The notes beneath the pieces were generated by a model. The model was not told the origin of the DNA. It worked only from the letters and a program-made list of their open reading frames with translations, and did no database searches. Source: Treponema sp. (GTDB lineage: Bacteria; Spirochaetota; Spirochaetia; Treponematales; Breznakiellaceae). From it: DNA of 64,000 nucleotides. Location: NCBI GenBank assembly GCA_031278815.1, contig JAITJS010000031.1:1796-65795 (forward strand). The letters are read 5' to 3'. Of this stretch, positions 27,642-37,471 are shown in pieces (position 1 is the first letter of the stretch; every line of letters starts with the position of its first letter). The translations under genes and the position numbers were made by a program.

Positions 27642-30047
27642 ATGAAGATATCGCTTAAACTGTCTTTATCAATCGTAACCTTGGCACTTTTCATCATTCT
27701 AGGTATGGCCCTGATCTCCTCCTTAATTGCCTCCGGGATTGTACGGCAGAGCGCTGAAAAATCACTACAAAACCAGTCCCTTATAGCCGCCCAGTTGGTG
27801 ACGGACGGTATTATTCATGCGGAACTGGGGATCCTCTCTGAACTGGGGAAGGAGATCCGTTCTCTTAATTGGGAAGCCCAACAAGTGTACTTACGGTCCG
27901 AGCTTGAGTACTATGGGTATTTGGATTTTGGCCTGGTAAACAAGGAGGGTATCGTCCAGTATGTTAAAGACGCAGGTGTCGCCAACTTGAGCGACCGGGA
28001 CTATATACAGAAAGCCTTAGCCGGAAAACCGATGATCTCTGACGTGCTCATAAGCCGGGTTACCCAGCGGCCAGTGATCATGTTTGCCGCCCCTATCATC
28101 CAGGATGGAACCGTTACCGGAGTCTTGATAGGTCGTCGAGATGGGGCGGTATTAACCGAGATGACTAAAAACATCGGCTTGGGGGAAACCGGCTATGTGT
28201 ATCTTATCAACCCTCAAGGGACCGTTATTTGCCACCCTAACCAGGAGCTGGTTTACCGGCAGTTCACTCCGACTCAAGCGGTCCAATCGGATCCCTCCCT
28301 CCAATCCTTAGCGGGCTATATTACTCGGGTTCTTAACCGTGAAGCCGCAACGGAAGAGTATACCTTTCAAGGAAAAACCTTCATCAGTACCGCAACCCCG
28401 GTACCAGATACCGATTGGTTCCTCATCGGGACGGTAGAAAAAGGGGAGTTTTTCTCCGGGATAAACCAGATGTTGTTCTATACCGTACTATTCGCCTTGG
28501 CTGTCCTGCTCGTGACGGTTATGTTCCTCCGGATCCTTTTAGTGCCTGCCATCCTCAAGCCCATCACCGGTATCGTTGCCGCTGCAACCAATCTGGCGAA
28601 TATGCACTTTGATATGCCCCTACCCCAAAATCGTAACGATGAAATCGGTGATATACAGCGGGCCTTTCATATAATTAGAGACGCCTTAAAAGAAACCTTA
28701 GACAATATCACCAATGAGCATCAAGGACAAAAAAACATCAGTGAGAATCTGAAAAGCGCGATTACCGAATCCTCCACTGGATTGGAAGTGATTACCCATA
28801 ATATGGATGCAGTCCAAGATAAAACGAATACCCAGATGGATTCGGTCATGCAGACTGCATTATCCGTGGAAAACATCATCACCCAGATCCATTCCCTAGA
28901 AAACGCCGTGGAAACTCAGGCAGAACAGATAGCCCACTCCTCCGCATCTATCGAACAGATGGTACAAGGGATTGATTCGGTTCGTTCTATGGTTCATAAG
29001 TCCCATAGAACCACGGAAGAGTTGAGTACCCTCTCGGAAGCAGGCCGGAAGATGCTCAATCAACTCACCGAAGAGCTCACCCGGATTGCCGAACAATCCG
29101 CCTTCCTGGAACGAGCCAATGCAGCCTTGGGAAACATAGCGGCCCAAACCAATATCCTGGCCATGAATGCGACCATAGAAGCAGCCCATGCAGGAGAATT
29201 GGGGAAGGGGTTTGCGGTAGTGGCCGGAGAGGTACGTAAACTGGCGGAATCATCAAACAAGGAATCGGCGTCCATTTCTCAAGAAATAAAACACATGCAA
29301 AAGGGCATTGAGCAGATCTGGCAGGTAGCATCGGAAACGGCTGATACCCTGAACCGGATGTTCACGGAAGTAACGGATATGCAAGGGTCTTTTAATACAG
29401 TGAATACCGCGGTGGAAGTACAGGCGTCCAATGGGACGCAGGTACTGAAAGCATTAGGGATCCTGCAGGAGACCACGGAACAAGTTCGCGCTGGTTCTAA
29501 TGAGATTCAGAAGGCGAGTGCTTCCATACATACGGTGATTAAAGACCTGAAGCATAACTCCCAGGATGTCAGCGACAGTGTGGTGGATGTGCGGCAAGCC
29601 AGTAAAAACATTGCCGGTTCTCTGAATATTGCCCGGATGATTGCCGACGGTAAGTATTTAGTTCCCTCGGAAGAAGAATCAATGGACGTGGACCCGCAGC
29701 ATAAGACGTGGCATAGCTCAACAGAGAGCCAAACTCGTGCTCCTCGCTATAAGGCCAATGCTCTGGTTTCTATTAATGAGTTTGAAGGGAGTGCCTTGTT
29801 GAGCAATATCAACTTAGGGGGCTTTTCTATAGCCAGCAAAACTTTTGCAGGTATTATACCGGGAGAATCCTATACTATGAAGATTACCCCGGATCCGCTG
29901 ACTAAGATTGCTTCCTTTAATCTTACGGTGAACGTCCGTTGGATCCGCAGTACGGTTTCCCGGTTTACTGCAGGGTTTTCAGTACAAGCCTCAGGCTCTG
30001 GCTTTGAAATCTATATCAACTACTTGGAACGGAATATTCCTGCATAA
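27642..30047 (+). CDS. Methyl-accepting chemotaxis protein: dCache_1 sensor, HAMP, MCP signalling domain, C-terminal PilZ-like domain
   Basis: Two TM helices flank a ~270-aa periplasmic Cache-like region. HAMP follows ([19 protein letters not shown]), then the signalling hairpin [35 protein letters not shown]. The last ~100 aa form a beta-rich tail with NINLGGFSI. Confidence 0.85.
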   Translation: MKISLKLSLSIVTLALFIILGMALISSLIASGIVRQSAEKSLQNQSLIAAQLVTDGIIHAELGILSELGKEIRSLNWEAQQVYLRSELEYYGYLDFGLVNKEGIVQYVKDAGVANLSDRDYIQKALAGKPMISDVLISRVTQRPVIMFAAPIIQDGTVTGVLIGRRDGAVLTEMTKNIGLGETGYVYLINPQGTVICHPNQELVYRQFTPTQAVQSDPSLQSLAGYITRVLNREAATEEYTFQGKTFISTATPVPDTDWFLIGTVEKGEFFSGINQMLFYTVLFALAVLLVTVMFLRILLVPAILKPITGIVAAATNLANMHFDMPLPQNRNDEIGDIQRAFHIIRDALKETLDNITNEHQGQKNISENLKSAITESSTGLEVITHNMDAVQDKTNTQMDSVMQTALSVENIITQIHSLENAVETQAEQIAHSSASIEQMVQGIDSVRSMVHKSHRTTEELSTLSEAGRKMLNQLTEELTRIAEQSAFLERANAALGNIAAQTNILAMNATIEAAHAGELGKGFAVVAGEVRKLAESSNKESASISQEIKHMQKGIEQIWQVASETADTLNRMFTEVTDMQGSFNTVNTAVEVQASNGTQVLKALGILQETTEQVRAGSNEIQKASASIHTVIKDLKHNSQDVSDSVVDVRQASKNIAGSLNIARMIADGKYLVPSEEESMDVDPQHKTWHSSTESQTRAPRYKANALVSINEFEGSALLSNINLGGFSIASKTFAGIIPGESYTMKITPDPLTKIASFNLTVNVRWIRSTVSRFTAGFSVQASGSGFEIYINYLERNIPA

Positions 30048-30082
30048 GCCACATGATGCTCAACAGCCCCGGACGCTTTCCC

Positions 30083-31090
30083 TTACAAAATAGGCAGGGC
30101 ATGCCCGCAACGCCCACAGTGATAGATGTTTCCCATCTTTGCAAGGTAAAGGCCAGACGTATCGATCCGGTACCCCTGGCGGCGTATCAGCAGATACCCA
30201 CAATGGGGGCAGACCGTGTCCTGTAAGGGACTGGATATATTACCGGTATACACATAGGAAAGGGTTTTCCGTGCCCGATAGGCAAGAGCAAGCAACTGTT
30301 GTGGATCCGTGGGACGGGTCTTCCACCTGTAAGCAGGATGGTAGGCGGAAAGGTGCCAAGGTATATCAGGAGAGAGGGAGGCCAAGAAATCAATACACCG
30401 GTCGATTTCCTCCTCCTGGTCGTTCAGTTCAGGAACTACCAGGGTGGTAAGTTCCAGGTGTACCCCGGTTTTCCAGGCTTGGGTAATGAAGGCCAGTACC
30501 GTAGGCAGATCCCCGCCGAGAATACGGGTGTAGGTATCCTCAGAGAAGCATTTTAAGTCAATATTGGCTGCATCGGTGAGGCTTAGGATGGCTTGTGCAG
30601 CCTCAGGGTTTATGCAGCCGTTGCTGACGAGGACATTGGCAAGTCCTGCTTCCCGGGCAAAAGCCATACAGTCCAAAAGAAACTCAAGATGCACCAAGGG
30701 TTCTGTATAGGTATAGGCGATCTGCCCTGAACCTTCTACCTGCGCCGCGTGTACAATAGCCTGTGGAGCATACAAGCGACTTGGCCCCCCCTGGGGAGGA
30801 AACTGAGAAATATGCCAGTTTTGACAGAAAGGACAGTGTAAATTACAGCCCACGAAACCCACGGAGAGGATGGATGAACCGGGATGGTAATGGTAGAGGG
30901 GCTTTTTTTCAATAGGGTCTACCTGCAAAGCAGTAATGGCGCCGTAATAGGCAAGGTCTCCTCGTCCCTCCTGGTTTCCCCTAACCCCGCAACGACCCCG
31001 GCCTCCTGCGGGGATGAGACAGCCCCGAGGACAGAGCAGGCATTGCAGTGTAGCTTCAGGAAGGGCAGTGAAATACCGGCTTTGGGGCAT
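30083..31090 (-). CDS. AmmeMemoRadiSam-system-type radical SAM enzyme (PflA-like activase family)
   Basis: The N-terminal CLLCPRGCLIPAGGRGRCGVR, the CNLHCPFCQNW radical SAM motif and the C-terminal CPHCG...CGRCGH ribbon fit this ~335-aa family. Confidence 0.7.
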   Translation of the reverse strand: MPQSRYFTALPEATLQCLLCPRGCLIPAGGRGRCGVRGNQEGRGDLAYYGAITALQVDPIEKKPLYHYHPGSSILSVGFVGCNLHCPFCQNWHISQFPPQGGPSRLYAPQAIVHAAQVEGSGQIAYTYTEPLVHLEFLLDCMAFAREAGLANVLVSNGCINPEAAQAILSLTDAANIDLKCFSEDTYTRILGGDLPTVLAFITQAWKTGVHLELTTLVVPELNDQEEEIDRCIDFLASLSPDIPWHLSAYHPAYRWKTRPTDPQQLLALAYRARKTLSYVYTGNISSPLQDTVCPHCGYLLIRRQGYRIDTSGLYLAKMGNIYHCGRCGHALPIL

Positions 31091-31099
31091 CCTGTACCT

Positions 31100-31489
31100 T
31101 TAGATACCGCGACTTTCATCCATATCGGCCAAAAGCCTTCCCGGGACTTCCTTCGGTTTTGTAACCATTTTGATAGGATTATCCACCTCAAAAGGTTCCA
31201 GCATAACCCCATGAGCACCTTTACGGACCCAGATCCGTATCAGAGGCGCTGCCTCTCCGGTTTCAGTAACCGCAGAATGGACATCTTCTACACCCAGGAT
31301 ATCATCAATTTTCAATTCCATTACCTTAGGATTAATTCCCAAAGGATCATACACGAGGATAAGCTTGTTTTTCTCTGCCGGATGCTGCCGTGGATATCCA
31401 ATAAAAGGAATTCCCTGTTTAGCGGAACTGTCGGTATATCGGACGATTTTATTAAGGGGTAATAATTCAAGATAACTGGTTATACTCAT
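31100..31489 (-). CDS. Hypothetical 129-aa protein, probably co-transcribed with the radical SAM gene
   Basis: ATG at 31489 is preceded by GAGGAG. The stop is 9 nt before the radical SAM start. No motif recognised. Confidence 0.5.
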   Translation of the reverse strand: MSITSYLELLPLNKIVRYTDSSAKQGIPFIGYPRQHPAEKNKLILVYDPLGINPKVMELKIDDILGVEDVHSAVTETGEAAPLIRIWVRKGAHGVMLEPFEVDNPIKMVTKPKEVPGRLLADMDESRGI

Positions 31490-31665
31490 GGATTGCTCCT
31501 CAAGTATAACTATAGCACGAAGGCGTAGCTGATGCAATAATCCGTTGATTGTTCAGGGTGAAGTGCGTAGTATATAAGAAGCCTATGATGGGTGAAGATG
31601 CGGTACGTTATGGATGACCCCTAACTCAGCCTGAGGCGCTTAGTATAACCGTAAGGAGATCCGGC

Positions 31666-32484
31666 TTGCATACCGAGAAAACTCAGGGGGTGTATATTTT
31701 TCAAGGAAATACCCTTTTGGTCCCTGAAACAATTCCAGACTCAAAGCTCCATGAGCCCCTGCCATGGGAAGTCATACAGGATCTGGAGGCCCTTGAACCC
31801 ATAAGCATCCCTGGCATCAGCGGAGACCTGCCTGTAGGCAGTGTGGATCTAGCCCCGCAGTTCCCAATCCCGCCAAAGTGGCGGAAGATCCCTATACGGC
31901 ATGTCATTACGCTCATGACCCAGGGAAGCGCTCCAAGCAGGAGCGGGCCTACAGACCCGATCTTTCGTGCCTACCATAGTATCCAATGGCGGCGGGAATC
32001 CCGTTTCTGCGGTTCCTGCGGCAGCCCCAACCAGGATGCCCCCAAGGAACTGGCCAGGCTTTGTTCGGTCTGCGGCAGGATTGAATACCCCCGCATAGCC
32101 CCGGCTATTATCGTCATCATCATCAATGACCAAGGTCAAGCCCTTTTAGCCCATAACAAACAGTTCCTTCCCGGAGTGTATAGCCTCATAGCGGGTTTCA
32201 ACGAGGCTGGTGAAACCTTAGAAACTACCATAGCTCGAGAAATCCGGGAAGAGGTGGGCCTTAGGGTAAAGGATATACGGTATGTAACATCCCAACCCTG
32301 GCCTTTTCCCTATTCTCTCATGCTGGGCTTTAGGGCCCGGTATGCAGGGGGAAGCATACAAGTGGATGGGGTGGAGATCGAAGATGCCCGTTGGTTTGAT
32401 CGGGATCGGTTACCGGCTCTGCCTGGTCTGGGTTCAGTGTCCCGGTACCTCATTAATCAATGGCTTTCGGGTAATTTTTCATAG
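31666..32484 (+). CDS. nudC: NAD(+) diphosphatase (NADH pyrophosphatase), Nudix family
   Basis: Zinc ribbon CGSCGSP...CSVCGRIEYPR directly upstream of the Nudix box GFNEAGETLETTIAREIREEVGL. SQPWPFP motif downstream. TTG start with AAGGAG. Confidence 0.85.
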   Translation: MHTEKTQGVYIFQGNTLLVPETIPDSKLHEPLPWEVIQDLEALEPISIPGISGDLPVGSVDLAPQFPIPPKWRKIPIRHVITLMTQGSAPSRSGPTDPIFRAYHSIQWRRESRFCGSCGSPNQDAPKELARLCSVCGRIEYPRIAPAIIVIIINDQGQALLAHNKQFLPGVYSLIAGFNEAGETLETTIAREIREEVGLRVKDIRYVTSQPWPFPYSLMLGFRARYAGGSIQVDGVEIEDARWFDRDRLPALPGLGSVSRYLINQWLSGNFS

Positions 32485-32533
32485 AAAACCCTAAGGGGTT
32501 TTAGGGTACTACAAGGATCTTTGGAGGATTGGT

Positions 32534-32947
32534 ATGGCTGAGATCACGATAGATGCATTATTTCAGGAAGCCCAAAAGGCGGCCTGTTTTGCCTATGCCC
32601 CCTATTCCCGATTTCGGGTAGGGGCTGCGTTGCTTGCGGAAGACGGCAGTGTCTATACGGGGTGTAATGTGGAGAATCGTTCTTTTGGACTTTCCCTCTG
32701 TGCGGAACGGAGCGCGCTGGTTCAGGGGGTGAGCAAGGGAAAGAGAAGTTTTATTGCCCTAGCCATTGCAAGTCTGGATTCGGTGAACCCTGTAGGGCCC
32801 TGCGGGGCTTGCAGGCAGGTTTTAAGTGAATTCATGGATTCTGAAGCCCCGGTGCGATTTGGAGGCAGTGGAGCGGAGCGGGTAGATACCACCATTGGGT
32901 TTCTGTACCCCTATGATTCGCTTCACGATTTAGCCGGTCCTGCATAG
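32534..32947 (+). CDS. cdd: Cytidine deaminase
   Basis: CAERSAL and PCGACRQVL zinc-binding motifs; 137 aa (homotetrameric type). Confidence 0.9.
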   Translation: MAEITIDALFQEAQKAACFAYAPYSRFRVGAALLAEDGSVYTGCNVENRSFGLSLCAERSALVQGVSKGKRSFIALAIASLDSVNPVGPCGACRQVLSEFMDSEAPVRFGGSGAERVDTTIGFLYPYDSLHDLAGPA

Positions 32948-32998
32948 CCTCAAAGGTGGTTCCACTAAAGTATATTGGTTATCGTTTAATGTAATTAC

Positions 32999-33028
32999 TT
33001 GACATACGCTGCGGTTTAATGCTATAGT
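32999..33028 (+). promoter_or_regulatory. Sigma70-type promoter candidate for the HTH-EIIA gene
   Basis: TTGACA (32999-33004), 18-nt spacer, TATAGT (33023-33028), about 35 nt upstream of the ATG and its AAGGAG. Confidence 0.5.
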
Positions 33029-33063
33029 TAAAGCATGTCATAGCAAAGACATAAGGAGCGATA

Positions 33064-33732
33064 ATGATCGAAGGGGATATACTGACCATAGATGAGGTTG
33101 CCAAATATTTACGGGTTTCGGAACGGACGGTTTATGATTGGGCACAAAAAGGAGAAATTCCTTCAGGAAAAATAGGTACGGTATGGCGATTTAAGAAGTC
33201 AGAGTTAGAGAAATGGGTCAATGATCGGCTTTCGGTAAACACGGTGATTCCCCAGACCGGGACCATCCATATCGAGTCCATTATTTCTCCAGATCGGATT
33301 TTGTTTCTCGATCATTCCACCAAACGGGATGCCCTTTTAGCGTTGGCAGATAATATCGCCAGTGCTCCCCAAATAAAAAACCGGGAAGAATTAGCCGCGG
33401 AGATCCTGAAACGAGAAGAGTTGATGAGTACCGCCATCGGGAGGGGTATTGCCATTCCCCATGTACGGCTTTCATCGGTTACGGACCTGGTGGTCTCGGT
33501 GGGGATCAGCAGGAAGGACATCATTGATTTTCAAGCCTTGGACGATGAACCAGTGCGGCTCTTATTCATGATCGCCGCTGCAGTCAATCAACACATTTAC
33601 TATTTACAAACCCTTTCTTTTTTCAGCGCCCGCTTAAAAAACACTCACCTGCGTAATGCCTTACTCAAGGCGAATAATGCCCAAGAGGTATACCAACTCT
33701 TCGTAGGGAACATGCCCATGCTTAGCCTATAG
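33064..33732 (+). CDS. Fusion protein: excisionase/MerR-type HTH DNA-binding domain + PTS EIIA type-2 (PtsN-like) domain
   Basis: N-terminal LTIDEVAKYLRVSERTVYDWAQKGEIPSGKIGTVWRFKKSELEKWV (HTH_17-like). The C-terminal 150 aa carry GRGIAIPHVR, the EIIA-2 phosphorylatable-His context. Confidence 0.75.
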   Translation: MIEGDILTIDEVAKYLRVSERTVYDWAQKGEIPSGKIGTVWRFKKSELEKWVNDRLSVNTVIPQTGTIHIESIISPDRILFLDHSTKRDALLALADNIASAPQIKNREELAAEILKREELMSTAIGRGIAIPHVRLSSVTDLVVSVGISRKDIIDFQALDDEPVRLLFMIAAAVNQHIYYLQTLSFFSARLKNTHLRNALLKANNAQEVYQLFVGNMPMLSL

Positions 33733-36700
33733 CAAAAGCATGGCCGGTGCGAAGGTAATAGAGGTAGGTCTGGCAGGGTTTCTTGCGTAATGCCCGGGCA
33801 GCCTGATCATACCAGGTCATTTGTGCAAGATGTTCCTGGGGGATTTCCTGGCGGTCGGTTTTGAAGTCCACCACATAGACCGCTTCTGGAGTCTCGAACA
33901 GCAGGTCTATGGTTCCGTCAATAAAGATACCCTCCCCGGTCAGGCTTCTAAATCGGTATTCGCTTTTGCGAAAGATCGCGCTACGAGCAATGACTCCCAA
34001 AGGGGATGCGATAAACCGTGTTGCCAGGGCCTTTCCTGCGGAAAGGAGAGTCTGGGCCTCTTCCGGTACCAAATAACCTGCTCGAGCACGGGGGATACGA
34101 GCCTCCGTGCCGTTGAGCAGCGCCTCGGTACAGGCATGGGCCAAGGTGCCGAAATCCGCAGGGCTAAATCGATCCTTCCCATCCCCCGTATCAGATGCTG
34201 CCCCGGCAAAGCGGTCAAGCAAGGTATCTACCGGTGCAAAGAGGTCCGCTCCCCCTTCTCCGGTATATGCCGCAGATAGGTGATAGCTCCCCTGAGCGAC
34301 CTCAGCGCCCCTTGAAGCAGTAGCGCTTCGATGCCGGGGCAAGACCGGTGGAGTGCTCATAAGCTGGGCTTCTTTGTAGTAAGGCCCCAGGTCGGTAAGG
34401 AACCGGGCAAGCCCTGGAGGATCAAGGGTATACTGCGGAGACTTACCAACTTGGCTTGTATCAGCAAAAATCTGGCTCCTCCGATACCGAGGAATTGCTT
34501 GCAGATAAAAAAAACAAGGGCTCCCGCTGATCGGATCCGGCTCACCAGGGGCAGTATCGGGGATGTGATCCAATACTGCCGGAAGGAGCAGTCCGAACAA
34601 GGTATCATCATCAATGATGCGGTCTCCGGCTATAGAGAGCGGGGGGGTATCCTTTTTCTTTTGCCGTTCTATTGTTTCTTGCTTTTCTTTAATTGCATTC
34701 CGTACCTGGGTTGAAAAAGCGTCTCCTGCTGCAGGGTCTCCCAGGGAAAGGCTGCCCACGAGGTATACCGCCTGTTCAGCCCGGGTCATGGCCACATAGA
34801 GGAGTCGGCGCAGTTCCGCAGTCCCTTTCTGGTGTTCTTCACGAGCAGCCCGTTCGTAAAAAAAATTGCGCTTCATCTTGTGCTCCTCTCCCCTATCCAT
34901 ACTGGCCCATTCCTGAGGTAACGGGGGGTTAAAGGAAATTCCCCCTTCCCGGCTCCAATACACTCCACCGGTATTGCGTGCCCCTCTTCCTTTATTGCCG
35001 CAGCAGCAGATGAATACCACCGGGAATTCCAGTCCCTTGCTTTTGTGAATGGTCATAAGCCGGACCGCACCGGATCGTTCTAAAGGGATGTCCATATCTT
35101 GGTCATCCAGGGGTTCCTCTCCATCCTGCACTGCCCGGATCCTATCGGTAAAACCTGCCAGACTGAGGCCCCCTGCATCGGCCTTCACCGCTAGATTAAA
35201 CAAATAGTCGTATAAGGTCCGGTATACGGTGGTCCGGGGATGCCATTCGGTTTCGTAACGGTACCCTTCGGTATACCACAGTTCACTGAGCAGTTCTGCA
35301 CAAGACATACGGGCGGCTTTTTCACGGATACGCCGGTACAGCCCCTGACCTAGGAGGAATTGAGCTTGGTCTTCCACTGAAAGCAGGGGGAGCAGGGCAT
35401 CGGCAAAAGGCGCTTCCTTCGCGGCTAGACATTCGACTAAGCCCCCTAAGGAAAGCGACACCCAAGGAGAACGGAGCATCACCCCATAGGCCTCGGTATC
35501 TCCGGGATAGGCAACCAGCCGGAGTACTGCCATAAGGTCCTGTACCGGACCATCCGCAAAAAATCCCCCTATGCCCCCACTGGTATAGGGAATATTCCGT
35601 AGACGGAGTTGGTTCTCATAGCATTTTTGATGGGTGTGGGCCCGGAAGAGCAGGACTATGTCATCGGGCCGATACTGTTTGAGCAGTTTTTGAATCTGTT
35701 CTGCTACAAAGCAGGCTTCGTTTTCATGGGGGTCCAGAAACTCATCAGGAACCACCCCTGCTTCTACAGAATCCTCCTCCTCCTTTTTGGAGAGAATCGC
35801 TATCGTTATCCTCGGTTTAGCGTACCCAGGACCCGTTTCCAATGCCTCTTTCCCGGCACATACCGGAGTGTAGGCGGCTTCATAGACCGGGACCTTCCCA
35901 GTGTCCGGGACAAAAACTGAGGCAAAGGACCCAGGGGCTTGTTCCCCTTGAGGATCAAAGGCGCTACCTCCAAAGAACGCGTTAAACCCCCCAATTAAGG
36001 ACGGGACAGAACGGTAATTTTTTCTGAGGCTTAAGGAAACCCCCTCCAGTTCATTCCGCAGTCGCTGGAACACCGACACATCCGCGCCTCGGAAACGGTA
36101 AATAGACTGTTTTTCATCCCCCACAAAAAAGAGTTTTCCTGGACATAGATCCCTTGCCTGAGGAATACTCTGTTCCTTCCGTTCTGGTCGTTCTGCCAGA
36201 AGAAACAGAATATCCTTTTGCAGTTCATTATTGTCCTGAAATTCATCGATCATGATGGCTTTAAAGGCCGCCTTTTCGCTGTCCCGTATATCAGGATGAT
36301 CCAGGAGGATCCGCCGGGCAAGCCGGGCCACATCGGAAAAGCTGAGCACCCCTTCACGGCGTTTTTTTGCCAGCACCCGGATCTGAAACTCCTGCAAAAG
36401 ACTCATGAAGGACAGGATAAGTCCCCCTTGCATACAAAAGACCCCAAGGGATGAAAATTCCAGGGCCTGTTCCCGGATCTCTTTGACCAGTTCTTTTGCC
36501 GGATCCCCTCGTTTCCCGGGACTCAAATTAATGGTATGAAAATCATACAAAAACCCAAGGCAGGCCGCTACCTGAGCCCGGACCGGATGCCCCTGGGCCC
36601 CGGGGATCCGATCCCGGTCCGGGAGCGCCTGCAAGGATGCGAAATACTCGCGAATATCCTGGGCATGAGGAAACGTCAGTTCCCCTTTGCTAAAAGGGGC

Positions 36701-37459
36701 AAGCAGGGATTCCAGGGCATGCCGGAATCGATCTGCCGGAGGCGCCTCTGCCAGAAAGGTCGCTATATGGTGTAATATCCCCGTAATTTCCTGGGTACTT
36801 TTTTCCCATTCAGTGCATATAATACGGATCTGATCCTGGACCATTTCCATACAATGTACAGGCTCATCAATATGCGTGTACGTGAGTACCGGTTCTGCAA
36901 AAAGATCCTGGGCAATCCTCAGGGGCTGCTTGTAGTAGTACAGGGCTTCAAGTACCAGATGCTGTCGGTGGGCAATAACAAAGGGAAGAGCTTCTTCCAA
37001 GACCAATTCCCGGCACCGTGCTTGATCCACCCTAAAGTCCGGTGGGATGCCATACCGGATGGCCCCTTGCTTGACCAAGGAAGTGCTGTAGGCATCCAGG
37101 GTGTGGATAGAGGCATGAAAAAAATCCTCTTTCCCACGCTGTGCCCGCTCCTGTACCATTCCCGATCCCTCATCCGCAAGCTGGGAAAGGGTAGCATAGA
37201 TACGCTGGTACATTTCCGTGGCGGCTTTTTTGGTAAAGGTAAGGGTAAGAATCTCCGTTACGGGATAGGCTTTTTCAACCACGAGATAGGCAAAACGGCT
37301 GGCAAGCACCGCGGTTTTACCAGAACCGGCTCCTGCAGCCACCACTGCGTTAGACTCGCACAAAACCGCTTCCCGCTGTTCCTGGTTGAGTGTATCGATG
37401 AAGGTACCTGCGGTACAGTGCTTTCGAGTACCGGACTTATGGATCATGGTTTCTTCCAT
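33722..37459 (-). CDS. addA: UvrD/Rep-type helicase with a C-terminal PD-(D/E)XK nuclease (AddA/RecB-like)
   Basis: AAGAGSGKTAVL (Walker A), IMIDEFQDNN, TIHKSKGLEFPVVF, and the C-terminal nuclease motif GTIDLLFE...VYVVDFKTD. Confidence 0.8.
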   Translation of the reverse strand: MEETMIHKSGTRKHCTAGTFIDTLNQEQREAVLCESNAVVAAGAGSGKTAVLASRFAYLVVEKAYPVTEILTLTFTKKAATEMYQRIYATLSQLADEGSGMVQERAQRGKEDFFHASIHTLDAYSTSLVKQGAIRYGIPPDFRVDQARCRELVLEEALPFVIAHRQHLVLEALYYYKQPLRIAQDLFAEPVLTYTHIDEPVHCMEMVQDQIRIICTEWEKSTQEITGILHHIATFLAEAPPADRFRHALESLLAPFSKGELTFPHAQDIREYFASLQALPDRDRIPGAQGHPVRAQVAACLGFLYDFHTINLSPGKRGDPAKELVKEIREQALEFSSLGVFCMQGGLILSFMSLLQEFQIRVLAKKRREGVLSFSDVARLARRILLDHPDIRDSEKAAFKAIMIDEFQDNNELQKDILFLLAERPERKEQSIPQARDLCPGKLFFVGDEKQSIYRFRGADVSVFQRLRNELEGVSLSLRKNYRSVPSLIGGFNAFFGGSAFDPQGEQAPGSFASVFVPDTGKVPVYEAAYTPVCAGKEALETGPGYAKPRITIAILSKKEEEDSVEAGVVPDEFLDPHENEACFVAEQIQKLLKQYRPDDIVLLFRAHTHQKCYENQLRLRNIPYTSGGIGGFFADGPVQDLMAVLRLVAYPGDTEAYGVMLRSPWVSLSLGGLVECLAAKEAPFADALLPLLSVEDQAQFLLGQGLYRRIREKAARMSCAELLSELWYTEGYRYETEWHPRTTVYRTLYDYLFNLAVKADAGGLSLAGFTDRIRAVQDGEEPLDDQDMDIPLERSGAVRLMTIHKSKGLEFPVVFICCCGNKGRGARNTGGVYWSREGGISFNPPLPQEWASMDRGEEHKMKRNFFYERAAREEHQKGTAELRRLLYVAMTRAEQAVYLVGSLSLGDPAAGDAFSTQVRNAIKEKQETIERQKKKDTPPLSIAGDRIIDDDTLFGLLLPAVLDHIPDTAPGEPDPISGSPCFFYLQAIPRYRRSQIFADTSQVGKSPQYTLDPPGLARFLTDLGPYYKEAQLMSTPPVLPRHRSATASRGAEVAQGSYHLSAAYTGEGGADLFAPVDTLLDRFAGAASDTGDGKDRFSPADFGTLAHACTEALLNGTEARIPRARAGYLVPEEAQTLLSAGKALATRFIASPLGVIARSAIFRKSEYRFRSLTGEGIFIDGTIDLLFETPEAVYVVDFKTDRQEIPQEHLAQMTWYDQAARALRKKPCQTYLYYLRTGHAFAIG

Positions 37460-37471
37460 ACTATATTTCCC

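Noticed and set aside
32485-32533. Hairpin ACCCTAA-GGGGTT-TTAGGGT between nudC and cdd
   Set aside because: A 7-bp stem but no downstream T-run, and the genes are probably co-transcribed.
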